DNA from: Bispira polyomma
Taxonomy: Eukaryota
Reading direction: 5' to 3'
Assembly: GCA_965649765.1 (NCBI GenBank)
Contig: OZ287751.1
Span: 101,990,001 to 102,054,000, forward strand
Length of the DNA: 64,000 nt
Shown here: piece after piece, positions 40,380 to 52,856 of the stretch
Layout of the letters: every line of letters begins with the position of its first letter
Position numbering within the stretch: the stretch's first letter is position 1
Translations under genes and position numbers: made by a program
The notes under the pieces: model-generated
What the model was told of the DNA's origin: nothing
What the model saw: the letters and a program-made list of their open reading frames with translations, nothing else
Databases searched by the model: none

Positions 40380-40520
40380 TACATTTCCGTCCAGTATTTA
40401 AGTGATGTAACGACTGACCGCCAATAGCTATCTGTGTAGTATGTTGTCTGTGTCGTCTGCTCACAGGTGGAATCGTACGGGGTCATGTGACCTTGCTGGC
40501 TGCCAATCTCGAGACTCTAA
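40380..40520 (-). promoter_or_regulatory. Candidate Wnt5 core promoter
   Basis: Local CpG-richer patch about 750 nt upstream of the ATG. Inr-like TCAGTC on the minus strand (40417-40412), CCAAT at 40421 and 40503, E-box GTCATGTGAC at 40482-40491, TGTCGTCTGCTCA at 40451-40463. The TSS cannot be verified from sequence alone. Confidence 0.35.
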
Positions 40521-43500
40521 AAGCTCTCCTTTCTATACACACCAACACACACACAGAAAGGTGTGTACTCCCCTGTAGTGGGTTGGCCTGGGTGGGGGGA
40601 ACATTAGGGAGCTGGTTCACAGGGGGTCCAGCTTAATTGTTTTTTTTTGTGTGCTCCACCACTTAATATAGAACTGTATTTTTATCTATATATGTATATA
40701 CACATAAAAAGATAACAGAGGAAATAGTAACAGTTTTATAGTAAAGTATTAAGATATTGTAGTGTACAATAGGAATGGCTTCCTCTAAAACAGTTGGGGC
40801 TTTTTACAAACTCTGTCTTATTCTACACCACTGAACTGCCACAACAAACAGTGAGGCCCCAAGGGAGGGGATGAGGTGTGTGGGGGAGAAGTAAGGGCGG
40901 GGGGGGGGGGGGGGTAAATAGATATCTCCCTCCCAAAATACCCCACTCTGTATGTGTGTGTGGGGGGATTAGGTGCACACTGATTGGTTAAGAAAGCACT
41001 CTAACTGAGTATAGAATATACAGAATGATCGCTTGTTTTATTTCAATAACTGAACTGTGAAGGAATCTTCCCTCATAGACAGAAAAACTCAAGACTGATT
41101 CCCAGAAAATACTGCTCAACTTTTGGGGGTTGTTTTTTGAGTGAATTTAATTTATGTATTTTTTGTAAAAAAAAAATCCCAATAACACAATATTCCTAAC
41201 TTATACTATAATATGTTCTATTGACTTCTATTGTAAGGCAGATGCTTTGCATGTATATGTGTGCATATGGTCCAGTTCTGTGTTTCTAACCTCCCTCGTT
41301 CTGGATTTAGTTCATATCCAGACACCCTGGTCCAACACTGAATTCCCCCCCCCACTACCTCCCCAATCCAGTTATTACACAGATCCAGGGTCAATCCTAG
41401 AGTTTTAATTATCCAGGTGCCGTCCCATCCGGTGAGCAAGCACTGCACTCCACTGCCCCCCCGTAACCTCACTTCCCCTGTTGACAGAGTCTGGATTATT
41501 AATGTGACCCTCTTTTCCCTTCTATCCAGAGATGAGGTAACACTCCCCTGTCCCAGTGTCCTGATTAAGGAGACACCAAATGCAATAAGATCAGATTCAC
41601 TAGGAACTTGGCAGTCTTTTATAAGTCATTAATATTACATATATTACATACTTTACATTTAAACTTACACTATACTATAACAAACCTATACAAATTAGAA
41701 CTAAACTTAGTATACCAACACACAGTCAGATACCAGTGAATTAGTTAATTATGTCAACCCAGGAATGTTTTTCTCTACATATCAAATGTCACCTATTGTA
41801 TTCACACAGAGAGAGACAATCGACATCAGTGAATCTGTCTACACAACAGAAACCTTGATATCCTAACTAGCCAATTACCACGTGTATCTGTGTGTGATGG
41901 GTGGTTGTTGAATACCCTCTGTCCATCACATACACAATCACTTAACCACACACGACTATAAGTCATTCAGACAGTTGCATAGAAATTCCACAGTCTCTAG
42001 TATTAATTTACTTAAAGTGTGGGGGTATTATTTCAGGTTTTAACCAAAAAAATCCCAGCTCAAATTTCAGTGGTTTATCCACAAATGCACACACTATACA
42101 CAGGTTGAATTTGCCGAGCTCTAGCCGAGTGAGGTTCGTGGAAATGATTCAGGATGACTCGGGCTATTTGCCAATATAAGGTGATGTGTGTGGTGTAATT
42201 GTAGTTCTTAAACCACATCACCTATTTAGATAGTGACCCATGTTTGGGTGTTTTACATATGTAAACACACAGATTGGATGTAGTGATTCGAAAGAGTTCT
42301 CATGTTCACATTACTACATCACTCAGTAATATAATCACACAATTGATCCAAACATCTGTAATAATGATATTGCCAGCCAAAAACATATAAGCACAGGACT
42401 ATTGAAATACACACAGTCACTTTATATATTGATTTAAAATATTGCAAAAGGTCTGTTTGTAATTATTCGCCCAAATTTTCATATTGCTAAATGTGTATGC
42501 TTTGAAAACAGACTTAACTGAATGGAAGAACCAAAAAACCACACGCCAAGTATATAAACAGTGTTTCAAGAAACAATAAACTTCAATCCTTTAAGCTATT
42601 AACTGGTTTTTGTTGGTTAAAACCCAATAGTATTTTTTTATTCAACTGATTCCTCTGAAATGGTTTCACCACAGAACGTCATGATGTAGAAGCCCTCACA
42701 TACAGATGGGTGATTTAGGCAAACAACCAGCCATAACCAATCAAATTGACTGACACAAAAAACTGGGTGTATTTTTATCTCTAGATGCCAAGCAAGGTTA
42801 GAGTTTCTTCCAACAAATACAGACGTGTACTTGTGTTGTTTAAGACAATTGTTTACTGAGTCTGGACCTCAACAACTCAACTTGAAGGCTTTTCTAAATA
42901 CACTCACTTGGCTCGACAGTGCAAATTCATCTTCGTTTCAGGGACAGCACCCACACACACACACATACAGCCACACATAACCACTCACACAGACATACAG
43001 CCACACAGACAATCACCCCCACACACAGCCACTCACACAGACACCCATGCAAACAGTCACTCACACACATTGTCCATTCTTAGAAAATACCAGTTCGATT
43101 CTGCTTTATAATGGCTGGTTCCCACTTTGAGTTCCTCAAAAGAGATGCCCATGCAAATTATTGGCACTGAACCTACATGTGTTTTAGCATTCGCCATGCT
43201 TTCTCAACTCGATTCTAATGCAATGACAGCTTATTCTTTATACCAATAATGTGGCAACCACAATTTCACAAAAGCCCAGATCACAGCTACACGATAGATT
43301 ATTGCCATACGGATATACCTCGATGATTGGAGGTGGCACTTAAAACCTTTGCCAATGTCATGTTACTGTAGGTCAAGAAAGGGGAACGTATTTACCACAG
43401 TTATGGCACCAATGAAGCTCTCAAGATAATACAAAGGCTCACCGATTTACAGGGATGATGCCGTCTGGGACAGTAATTATCATGATGGTGTAATATTAGT

Positions 43501-44669
43501 GTATATCAGGGCATTAAAAACTCAAATTTCCGGGGTCTGCTCTTTAGCTGAACTGTTAAGCCTGAGACTATTATTCTCCACAGATCAAATCCCAGCAGAA
43601 GCAAGTTTCTAATGCTACATAAAGAAGACGCCTTAAGATCTCCCCTCTCTGCAAAGTGAGTCGGAGTTACATAGTAGAATTACCAAGTAGTACTATAAGA
43701 CCTGAGGACAGGTCTTTGTGAAGGAGAGGCATGTAATATTGGTGTATACCAGCGCATTAAACATTCAGGCCTCTGAGTTCTCCTATTTAGCTCAAGCTTG
43801 CGACTATCAATCTGACGTTTCACGGATCAAATCCCACCAAAACCATTTTTTTTAATCCTGCAATTGGCAATAGCGACGGACAAAAAAATCTAAACAGTGT
43901 TTTATAAACGTCCCAAAAGGTGACGGCAGCATCATACACAGGGATTATTTTTTTTCATAATTTTTGCATAATCGTTTCACAAAAGTTCCTAATAGTACCA
44001 ATTAAATGTGATTTAATTTCAAAATTGGTGCAAGGTGTTGATGAAACGATTTCAGAAGGATGCGTCAGTTTTGGAGAAAACGTGACAAATGATAGCCTCT
44101 TCCCTGTGGATGTTTTGAACAATTTTAAACATTTGTCGCATTTAAAAGCGTGTCCGCAGTTGACACAGATACACACAAGTTGAGTCGTAGATGTAGGACT
44201 TAGTGGGGAATTATTTCCACGATTTAAAACAACTTTAAACAAGGCATTGTCATATTGTTATATTAGGTAAATTGAAAAGTGATACCCAGGCATAAGTGAG
44301 GAATTCACACTATTTGGCAGTTTTGTACCCTTTTATGATGGGAACAGGTAAACATTTAAAATTATACATAAACACTCTTTCATTTCATGTACGTGTACTC
44401 CAATGTATTTTTGTTTTAACTGTGATTTCTATGCCACTATATATTTCTTGTCGTCTTTGCCCTTTTTAACTGTTTATGTACAATTTGGAATTTAATGAGG
44501 TAAATGCCCACAAAACACCCATGGCAATTAATACTATATTAACAGTAGCCACATATTAAGTCTCTGGCAGGATCATCTATTGACGTTGTACAGTGAGTGT
44601 AATTGTGACACACACACATAGCTTTATATGCTTTTACAGAGCCTGATCTTTATACTAACAAGTATAATT

Positions 44670-44895
44670 TGATTTGGGTTTAACGTTCCTTTCAACACAA
44701 TACAATGGGTCATATCACGACAAGAAGTTTTTTAGTGCTGGAGCAAACCATTGTATTTTTGTTTTTCAAGATTGTAAACCAGCGACCTTTGGCAAATAAC
44801 TGTCAACTTTCCCACTTAAAGTCCAAGCCAAGATTTGAACCAGAACCTTAGAGTCCAGAGGTGGGCTAATAACTTACAAGTTATAACACCTACTT
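44670..44895 (-). mobile_element. Degenerate SINE copy, reverse orientation
   Basis: tttaacgt..catatcacgac..ccagcgacct..actttcccac..gatttgaacc matches the reverse complement of the 55644/57121 family. Confidence 0.55.
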
Positions 44896-46107
44896 AGTCT
44901 CCAGGCATGTATACATTAATCAACAAAAGTCTCTATTTATATGATTGGTTACAGAAACCCCAACTGGTTTAACAGGAAATACTAATCTACTTTCAGCACA
45001 AATCTCATCACATCTAGAGGATCTAATCCTATTTATGTCTAATTAACTCTGCATTTAATCTAACCTTTCTCACCTTTTGATCTCAACCTGTTGATTTTAA
45101 CAACTACCATCAAAGTGAGTATGTAAGTGGGACCTTTTCTAAAACCAAGTCTTCCTTATCACACCATTTAACAAACATGAAAAATCAGTGGTAACCAGAC
45201 TGGAGATTTCAATGACAGCCAACAATGGGCTGGTTGTTTACAAAAAGACTACTTACATTTTATCTGACAAGAAAAATCTATCATTAGAAGTACTTAACAT
45301 TGTATACTGGTATTCAAATTGTCCCCAAAGGAGCAGGGTGTGTGTGTGGGGGGGGGGGGTGATTGCCCCCCTCCCCACCCCTACCCCTCGAGTCACTAAG
45401 CCATCCTAACTGCATCTGATCAAACAAGATTTCTTACATTCCTTTCAATAGACAGACACCCCCTCTCCCCCACCCCCTCTTCACCCACCCCGCCCCCCGA
45501 GGGAAGGGTTTTAGCCTACACCCGACCCCTTATTATAAAAAAAGAATGGATATCTTTTATTAAAGAAGTCCATATCTATTGAATCAGTAAGACTTAAAGT
45601 GGGTCTTATACCCATAAATACACAAGTGCTTTATCAGTCCCACTTGTTGGCTGTGAATGGGGACAATATGATTTGTACACCCTTGATGGGGCATCCTCCA
45701 TTAACTTCAAACAGTCCGTCCTGTGAAATCCTACAAGGTGACATATAGACTTGTTAAAACACACACATACCGCCACTCATTAGCAGTGATTTATAACAAG
45801 ATATAGCTTTTAGATCAGTATCTGTTTTTAGATCTGATATCAGTGAATGTTACTTTTTAGAAGTCTTTATTTCGATGACGTCATCACTTGGACACATTTT
45901 GGGGTAGACCATTTATCTTCAAAGTGCCACCCATAATAATGGTCAAAACAATACAGTGTCATGTAGTAAGCGACAAGAAGACATGGCATGTCAAACCCAG
46001 TTCAGGTGAGGCCCACATCAAACCCGACATTGATAGAACTAAAAAGGCCCCAGTAGAGTGTATACCTCCGCCTATTTGGGACAGTATTCTAAAAAAATAC
46101 CAATCGT

Positions 46108-47640
46108 CCAGTCTAGTGGTTAGGGTGTTGGTCTGATGATCAGAAGGCCCCCGGTACTGTTCCTGGTACCAACCGTTAGTTTCATTTGGTGGGATAACAT
46201 GCTTGGGTAAGATATACACACTGGTTTACCTAGTGGCTCAAATGACTCCAGTGACAGATTAAAGATCTTTGGAGACTTGATTAAATGGTGTCATCCTCCA
46301 ACCTCGATTAGCAGCCTATGAGGAAGTGTATTTGAAATGTCCCTATGTTGTATAACTGCGCTAAAACAAATGTCTTATTTCATCTACACTTCTGTCTCGA
46401 TGCTCCCTCGATACTGATTCACCAAATTTCATCTGAATCTCTTCAGTACTTTCAGGGTAACTGGTAACCAACAAACCACCAGACACAGGAAATGACATCA
46501 GTCCCTTGTCCTATATCAATATTAATCAAGATGGCTAGCATTGACCAGTCAACAGAAATTTTGAATTGCATATAAATAAGATGCTTGATTGTAGTGTTCA
46601 GTTTATAGAGGTTTAATATCCCAAGGGCAAAGGGTTATGTCACGACCAGAGTTTTTAGTGTCCACATTAAAATCTTAGATGGTGAAATGTGTCTTTTTAA
46701 AACTACCTTGTCATCCAACATCTTCTAGAAGGTTATTCCACTCAACTGGAACAGTGACAGCAATACTACATTTATCTGTCGGCTTTTTTGTCCACAAAAT
46801 AACTACTGGCACCTTATTGCTCTTAGTTGCTACTGTGGGTTAGTGTTTAGAGCGTTAGTCTGGTGATCAGAAGGTTTCAGGTTCTACTCCCACTGAGGGA
46901 GTTGGTCTGGTGAAGGTCCCCAGTTTAAATCCTGCTGACGCCGCTAGGTTGAGTGGTGGAATAACATCCTTGAGTAAGATGCGAACACGCCATTGCCTAC
47001 TGATGATGACCCAGGCTATGTCGCCTTAGAGGATAATATAACAATAAGGTGCTATAGAAATAGTACAGTCAAGGCTATCTAGGTATAGTATGATGATACT
47101 CTACTTAGCCCACCCAACTGATAAACAATACAACTGGGAGAATGCAACATCATTTACAGCTTTGCTAAACGAACTAACTCCACATGACAATAATTTACAG
47201 TAATCCAGACGGCTGCTTACCAATGCATTTCTCACCAGGTCAACAGTGTCCAAATTCAAAACTGTACAACTCCAAATTTTTTTTATTTGTGATGTCATAT
47301 GGCCTAGTGTGGCTAGGAAGTTGGTCTGGTGATCAGAATGTGTTTGGTTCAAATCTTGCTAGGTTAATTGGCATGTTCAGTATTATCCTTGGGCAAGAGG
47401 TGAACACCCCATTGTCTCCTGATGATGACCCCGTCTATCGTATAGGACCAGATCTCTTGAGGTGAACACTCCATTGCTATGTTACAGGACTAAATCCCTT
47501 GAGTTGAACACTCCATTGCTATGTTGTGGGACTAAATCTCTTGAGGTGAACATTACTCCATCACCTACTGATGACGACCCCGGCTATGCTATAGGACCAG
47601 ATCCCTTGAGGTGAATGAGCACCTGAGAGGATTATATTTA
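46108..47640 (+). mobile_element. Cluster of three copies of a second tRNA-derived SINE family (about 46108-46260, 46838-47060, 47300-47640)
   Basis: Shared head (G)TCTAGTGGTTAG..TTGGTCTGRTGATCAGAAGG and body atccttgggcaag..aacac..cattg..ctgatgatgacccc. CCTTGGGCAAG resembles the CORE-SINE central motif. Confidence 0.65.
47160..47285 (-). mobile_element. Short degenerate L2/CR1 ORF2 fragment
   Basis: Minus-strand translation [24 protein letters not shown] parallels [25 protein letters not shown] in the 49.8 kb element. Confidence 0.65.
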
Positions 47641-48244
47641 TTTTTTTAATACTGCATAGGGTGCTACAAAAATGCTTCAGTAATAATATCTCTGTTTTTG
47701 CACTATATGACCTTCTTGAACTGTCACATACCAGCAAAACTTATCCCAGCTCGTGTGTTTCGACGTACAAACCACCTATTGAATGGAAAAGATTGTTCAC
47801 ATTAGATCCAGTAATTAACCTCCTGTACTTGGTTAAGTCTGACCACAAAATGGCTGCCATCAGATATTAGACACCCGTGTTCTGTTGACTTTACCTTGTG
47901 AAACGACAGGGCGGCTTGTTAATTGTTTAATTGGACATCACTTATTAAGAGCAGCTCAGTCAATAAGATAAGTAATATAAATCTCATTAAGTTCACTGAC
48001 GTGTGGAATGGTTCATTGTCAATATTTTAATATCAGTTTCATCTGTACAGCAAACACTCTTTATGTAGGTGTACTTTGGTCTACTTTTCAAGGATTATTA
48101 AAGCCCTGATTTCAATGTAGTGACAGTAAGAGTGACAACTAAAGTTAAATAGGTACAGAATTCATTGAGGTGTCATTGATTGTTATATATTTTTTCAGGA
48201 CAAAACATAACGCACCCTACAAAGTTAGTATACCAATTTAAATA

Positions 48245-48700
48245 GATTTGGGGGTTTGTGTTCTTTTCAACATCTTACCGTTACATGGTTATATAATGAT
48301 GACCAGATTTATTTGTGGAGGAAAACCAATGCTATTTGTACAAGAACCTACTGACCTAAGGTAAGTACCTGGCAAACCTATACTACATGAAAGAAGTGCT
48401 GGGATTTAATCCCACTGTCCTCAGAGGTGAGTGGTTGGTAATATTAAAAGTAACACTTATGTAATGACTAGGCAACCGTATATAATTCTACAAAGTTTTG
48501 AACTTTCAGATAGAATTTTGAATTTAGTGTGGTTTTACACCACTTTTTAATAGCTTAGCTTATATCCCGACCGTCAGGTTTAGTGGTAGTTAAAAAAGCG
48601 GACCTACGGTAAGTACCTGTCAAACTTACCCACATGAAGGAACTAACAGGATCCAAACCCACCTTGGTGAAAGGTCAGGGATTATTAACTCCACTTTGAG
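48245..48700 (-). mobile_element. Two adjacent degenerate copies of the same SINE family in reverse orientation
   Basis: The segments near 48245-48480 and 48520-48700 are reverse-complement similar to the 57121 SINE (gacct..ggtaagtacctg.caaac..acatgaa..ggatt..aaccc..ggtga). Confidence 0.65.
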
Positions 48701-49092
48701 ATAGAACTGACGAGATTCAAACCCACCTTGGTGAAAGGCCAGGAATTATTAGCTCCACTTTCAGATAGAACTGACGAGATTCAAACCCACCTTGGTGAAA
48801 TGCCAGGGATTATTAGCTCCACTTTCAGATAGAACTGATGGTATTCAAACCCATCTTGGTGAAAGGTCAGGGATTATTAGCTCCACTTTCAGATAGAACT
48901 AATTGGATTCAAACCCACTTTGGTAAAAGGCCAGGGATTATTAGCTCCACTTTCAGATAGAACTAACAGGATTCAAACCCACCTTGGCGAAAGACCAGGG
49001 ATTATTAGCTCCACTTTAAGATATAACCAACGGGATTCAAACCCACCTTGGTGAAAGGCCAGGTATTATTTACTCCACCTTAAGATAGAACT
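48640..49092. repeat. 64-bp tandem array, about 7 copies, derived from a SINE head
   Basis: GGATTCAAACCCACCTTGGTGAAAGGCCAGGGATTATTAGCTCCACTTTCAGATAGAACT.. repeated. Confidence 0.92.
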
Positions 49093-49799
49093 CAATTATT
49101 TAATGTTATTGAAGGATTTGTCACAAATTGATGAGACTTGACACCAAGTTCATTCATCAGTACCAGGCACCTCTAGTTTAGATTCCACTTGGTCCCCTTG
49201 CTGTAAATTACTTAATTAAATACACATTTCATGGTAAACATACATATATATACAGTATATTCTATAATAATAAATATTTGTAGCTGTAATCAAATTGTAC
49301 TATTTCACAACTTTACTAAATTCACATTCTCTGTAAACTAGAGGTGCATTCATAATTGCTTTTGTAATTTTGCCAAAAAGGTAAAACAGGTATCATGTTA
49401 TATTTTCTAATCCATTTATCTGATATCTGATATATTTATAAAAGCAATTTTAAAATTGATAATTTAAATGTTCACTGGCTAGTAATTCTATCTATTATAC
49501 CTAATTATTTGTATTAATCAGCTCAAATATCTACAACTTGATTCACAGTGATAATTCCGAGATTCAGAGTATCAAATTAGTATTTACAATGTACCCATAT
49601 AATAGGGTTTGTGTTCTGTATGAGTACGTTACCCATCCATTCTCGCTCCGCCCACACAATCCCCTGTTATTAGCCTGGTCTACGGCTCCAGTCTCCTGTA
49701 GAATAGCGTAGTATGTACTAGCTTCTCTTCCACATGACCTCAGACATAAATCAGACAAAGTACCCTTATAATGATATTGGTGTAAATTATGCGAAATTG

Positions 49800-50907
49800 G
49801 GCGACCACTTTTCATCCTCTTTTAACCTACCATTTGGTGTACCCCAGGGGTCAGTTCTCGGCCCTCTACTGTTTACTCTCTACAGCCATCCTCTCAGTGC
49901 AGTCATCAATAATCACAATGGTAAACATCACATGTATGCTGATGACACTCAAATCTATCTCTCTCTTAACACTCAGAATGCCGGATACAACCTGGATTTA
50001 CTTGCCGACTGTCTCTCCTCAGTTCAGTCATGGATGAACTACTCCAAACGGAAACTAAACCCTGACAAAACTGAATTCATCCTAATTGGAAATAAGAAAC
50101 ACAGTGAATACTTCAGATCACTTTTCTCAATCACACTGCTGGATAATGAGATTCAACCTTCAGACCAGGTTAAAAACCTAGGTGTCATTATTGACCCTGC
50201 TTTTTCATTTCTTCCTCACATTAACAGCATCCGCCACTCCTGTTACTATCACATTCGGGACCTCAAAAGAATTAGAAATTATTTGTCACTAGATACTGCT
50301 ATCACTGTGGCCAAAACTCTTGTAAGTAGCCGCCTTGACTACTGTAATTCTCTTCTGTATAGAGCCAATAAGTCCCACATTAACAAGTTGCAGTCCATTT
50401 AAAACTCTTTATGTAGAGTCATCTTTCGTCTGGGAATCTGTACTGATGTCACTCCATACCTCAAAAAACTTCACTGGTTTCCTATTCACTATCAAATCCT
50501 GTTTAAAATGCACATAACTATTTTTAAAGCTGTTGTCTCTCAACAGCCTCACTACCTCGCTACTAAACTCTTCCTCAACAGCCTTAAAAGGGGAAAAAGA
50601 CTCTCTGTTTCCTTAAAAAAAATCACCAAGAGGGTTGGATCTAGAGCCTTCTCGGGTGCCGCACCTAGTTTATCGAAGTCTTCCAGCTGAACTTACACTG
50701 CTTGAAACACTTTCGGGTTTTAGGAAAAAGCTTAAACCTATCTCTTCAGACTCGCCTATCCGCCGTAGTCCTCTTCCTGGGCACTGATGCATCCATCCTT
50801 ATGACCTGGCTATGTTTTTCATTTTTCTATTGGCTGAATGATTCTGATATGCGCCTTAGAAGATGCCTAGCATCAATAAGGCATGTTGAAAATGCACAAT
50901 ACAACAG
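49800..50907 (+). mobile_element. 5'-truncated, inactivated non-LTR retrotransposon (L2/CR1 group) ORF2 RT C-terminal half plus 3' tail
   Basis: ORF 49734..50402 has [26 protein letters not shown] and [10 protein letters not shown]. Homology continues past the TAA at 50400-50402 (NSLCRV..VTPYLKKLHWFPI). It ends in TTAGAAGATGCC..CATCAATAAGG..CAATACAA. Confidence 0.92.
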
Positions 50908-52077
50908 TGTATCTACTTCTGAGTATCGAAATACCAAAATACTTGTATGGGTACATTATGCCAAATCCTTCATCTAACACAAGAACAATTTAAAGTTTAA
51001 TCAAATGGAAGCTGGTAGACGAACTCAAGCTTTAAAGCCGGGCTACATCATTAGGGATTTCAGTCTCAAGATGCCTCATAATTACATCCACTGAGGATCT
51101 AATGTTTCCTCCTGTGTCCGTTAGTTGGTTTCATAAGCCGGATTCAGGACCTTGAACAAAATTTGCTGCAGAAACTTTTTTTTCAAGGTGGAGTTTCTCA
51201 AAATACCCCCCTCCCCCCGATTGTGAGTTGGTTGGTTTGTAACCAGAAACATACAATGGTTACAACACCAACATATATAAAAAGTGGTGGGGTAACCTTG
51301 TTTATGTAGCGTTCACACTATCAAGATCTCACCTACGCTTTTACGACCATAAGATCTTAGGTGATCTATTCCCAAAATTTGCTCCAACCTATCCAGTTCT
51401 CTGCAAATGTGACTTTAGAGCCAACCATCCATGGAAGTTTTGTACATGTTCAAAATGTCCGGCTCTGACACCAGTTTTTGCCGATCACTGCAGTTAAAAT
51501 ATTGCCCAGTTTACACCCACTGGTTAGAAGTTTTTTCCAGATCACATAAAATCTTTAAATCGACAGTAGCAGGCTCTATAGATTCTAAAAGTGTGTACAC
51601 TACCTTTGACCAAGGAAAAAAGTCCAGCAAACTTTAGGTAGATGGGTGGATCTAGGGTATTGTTAACCCTGTGATAGTATGATGCCTTGGTGGTGGAGGT
51701 ATGTACCGAATATCCCCGTGTCAGTGACTGATCAAACAATGTCAAGTTTAGGTTGTATCTACAACTAATTGGTGTAAAGCTTTTGGGTACCAGTCTACTT
51801 TGTCCATATTTAGTACAGTCTGACGTGAATAGCCCGAAAACTGTTGATTTTTTTTTCAGTTCTCTGATCTTCAAACTTTCTAAAAACCGAAATGGAATTC
51901 TTCAGCTTTCTCATGGGCTAAATTTAAATCAATTTTATTTCTATATTTAAAATATTTAAAAGTTTATTTTTACACTCGTCTTGTTTTTCAGACCTTGACT
52001 CTTCACAACTTGGTTTTGGGATATTTACAGAGACAGACCAAGGGTTGTATAGAGTAAAATACAGTAAAATGTCTTAA

Positions 52078-52280
52078 AGTTAAGTTCACACTTAAACTCA
52101 GATATCACCTATATAGTCTTTCTTATAAGTAGGAATGGCCGAGACATGTGACCATTCATTTTAACAAAGCTTGAGACGGTGAACTCAAAAATGTAGTCCG
52201 ATTTGAGATATCATTCTTGTACACAAAGCTAGAGCAGGGCTGATTGTGAAATTATTGTGAGTTTAAGTTTGAGAACTTGG
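52078..52280. mobile_element. Degenerate MITE-like element; related copy at about 17930-18135
   Basis: Inverted ends aagttc..acttaaactca / tgagtttaagt..gaactt. The core ggaat..ccgagacatgtgaccattcattt..gaactcaaa.atgta is shared with 17985-18090. Confidence 0.5.
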
Positions 52281-52670
52281 AAAAATACCACCTGAGATCT
52301 AAAGTCAGGTGTCTGTGTGTATTGAGTGTGTACTTAGTACTAAACTCTACTCAACTAAAGGTGTACTTAACTGGCACCTGCCAACTTTTTACAGATTCTA
52401 AGTTTCAATACAGCAACTTCGTCAGAACCCTAAATAAAGAAGTTGATAATTAATGAAAGTGCCGAGTTTACATGTTACGTTTATAGTTTTAAGGACCAAG
52501 GAAACAAATACATCAATTCTGCAGACAGGAGGCTAGATTCTCACTTTGCTTCTTGAGAAATTTCACAAAAATTATAAATATCTATATCTAAAGTAAAAAG
52601 TAAACTTCACCATTCTATAACCATAACTATATAATCTTTTTATTTTAGTCTTTGTTTCTTAACAAAAACT

Positions 52671-52856
52671 GGGGGCTGTGGTGGCCTAGTGGTTAAAACA
52701 AGCTTTACAATCACTGGCCTCTCACCAATTTGGGTTCGAATCCTGTTCTTTCCTTCATGTAACTTGCGATAGGTCGGTGGTTCAATTCTGTCGGTGGTTC
52801 AAATCTGGCCGTCGTGATATAAGCAGTGTAAAACCCAACTAAATTCAAGTTCAACA
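52671..52856 (+). mobile_element. tRNA-derived SINE, same family, internally shortened
   Basis: GTGGCCTAGTGG, tcactggcctctcacca, GGTTCGAATCCTG, aggtcggtgg, tctggccgtcgtgatataa. Confidence 0.8.
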
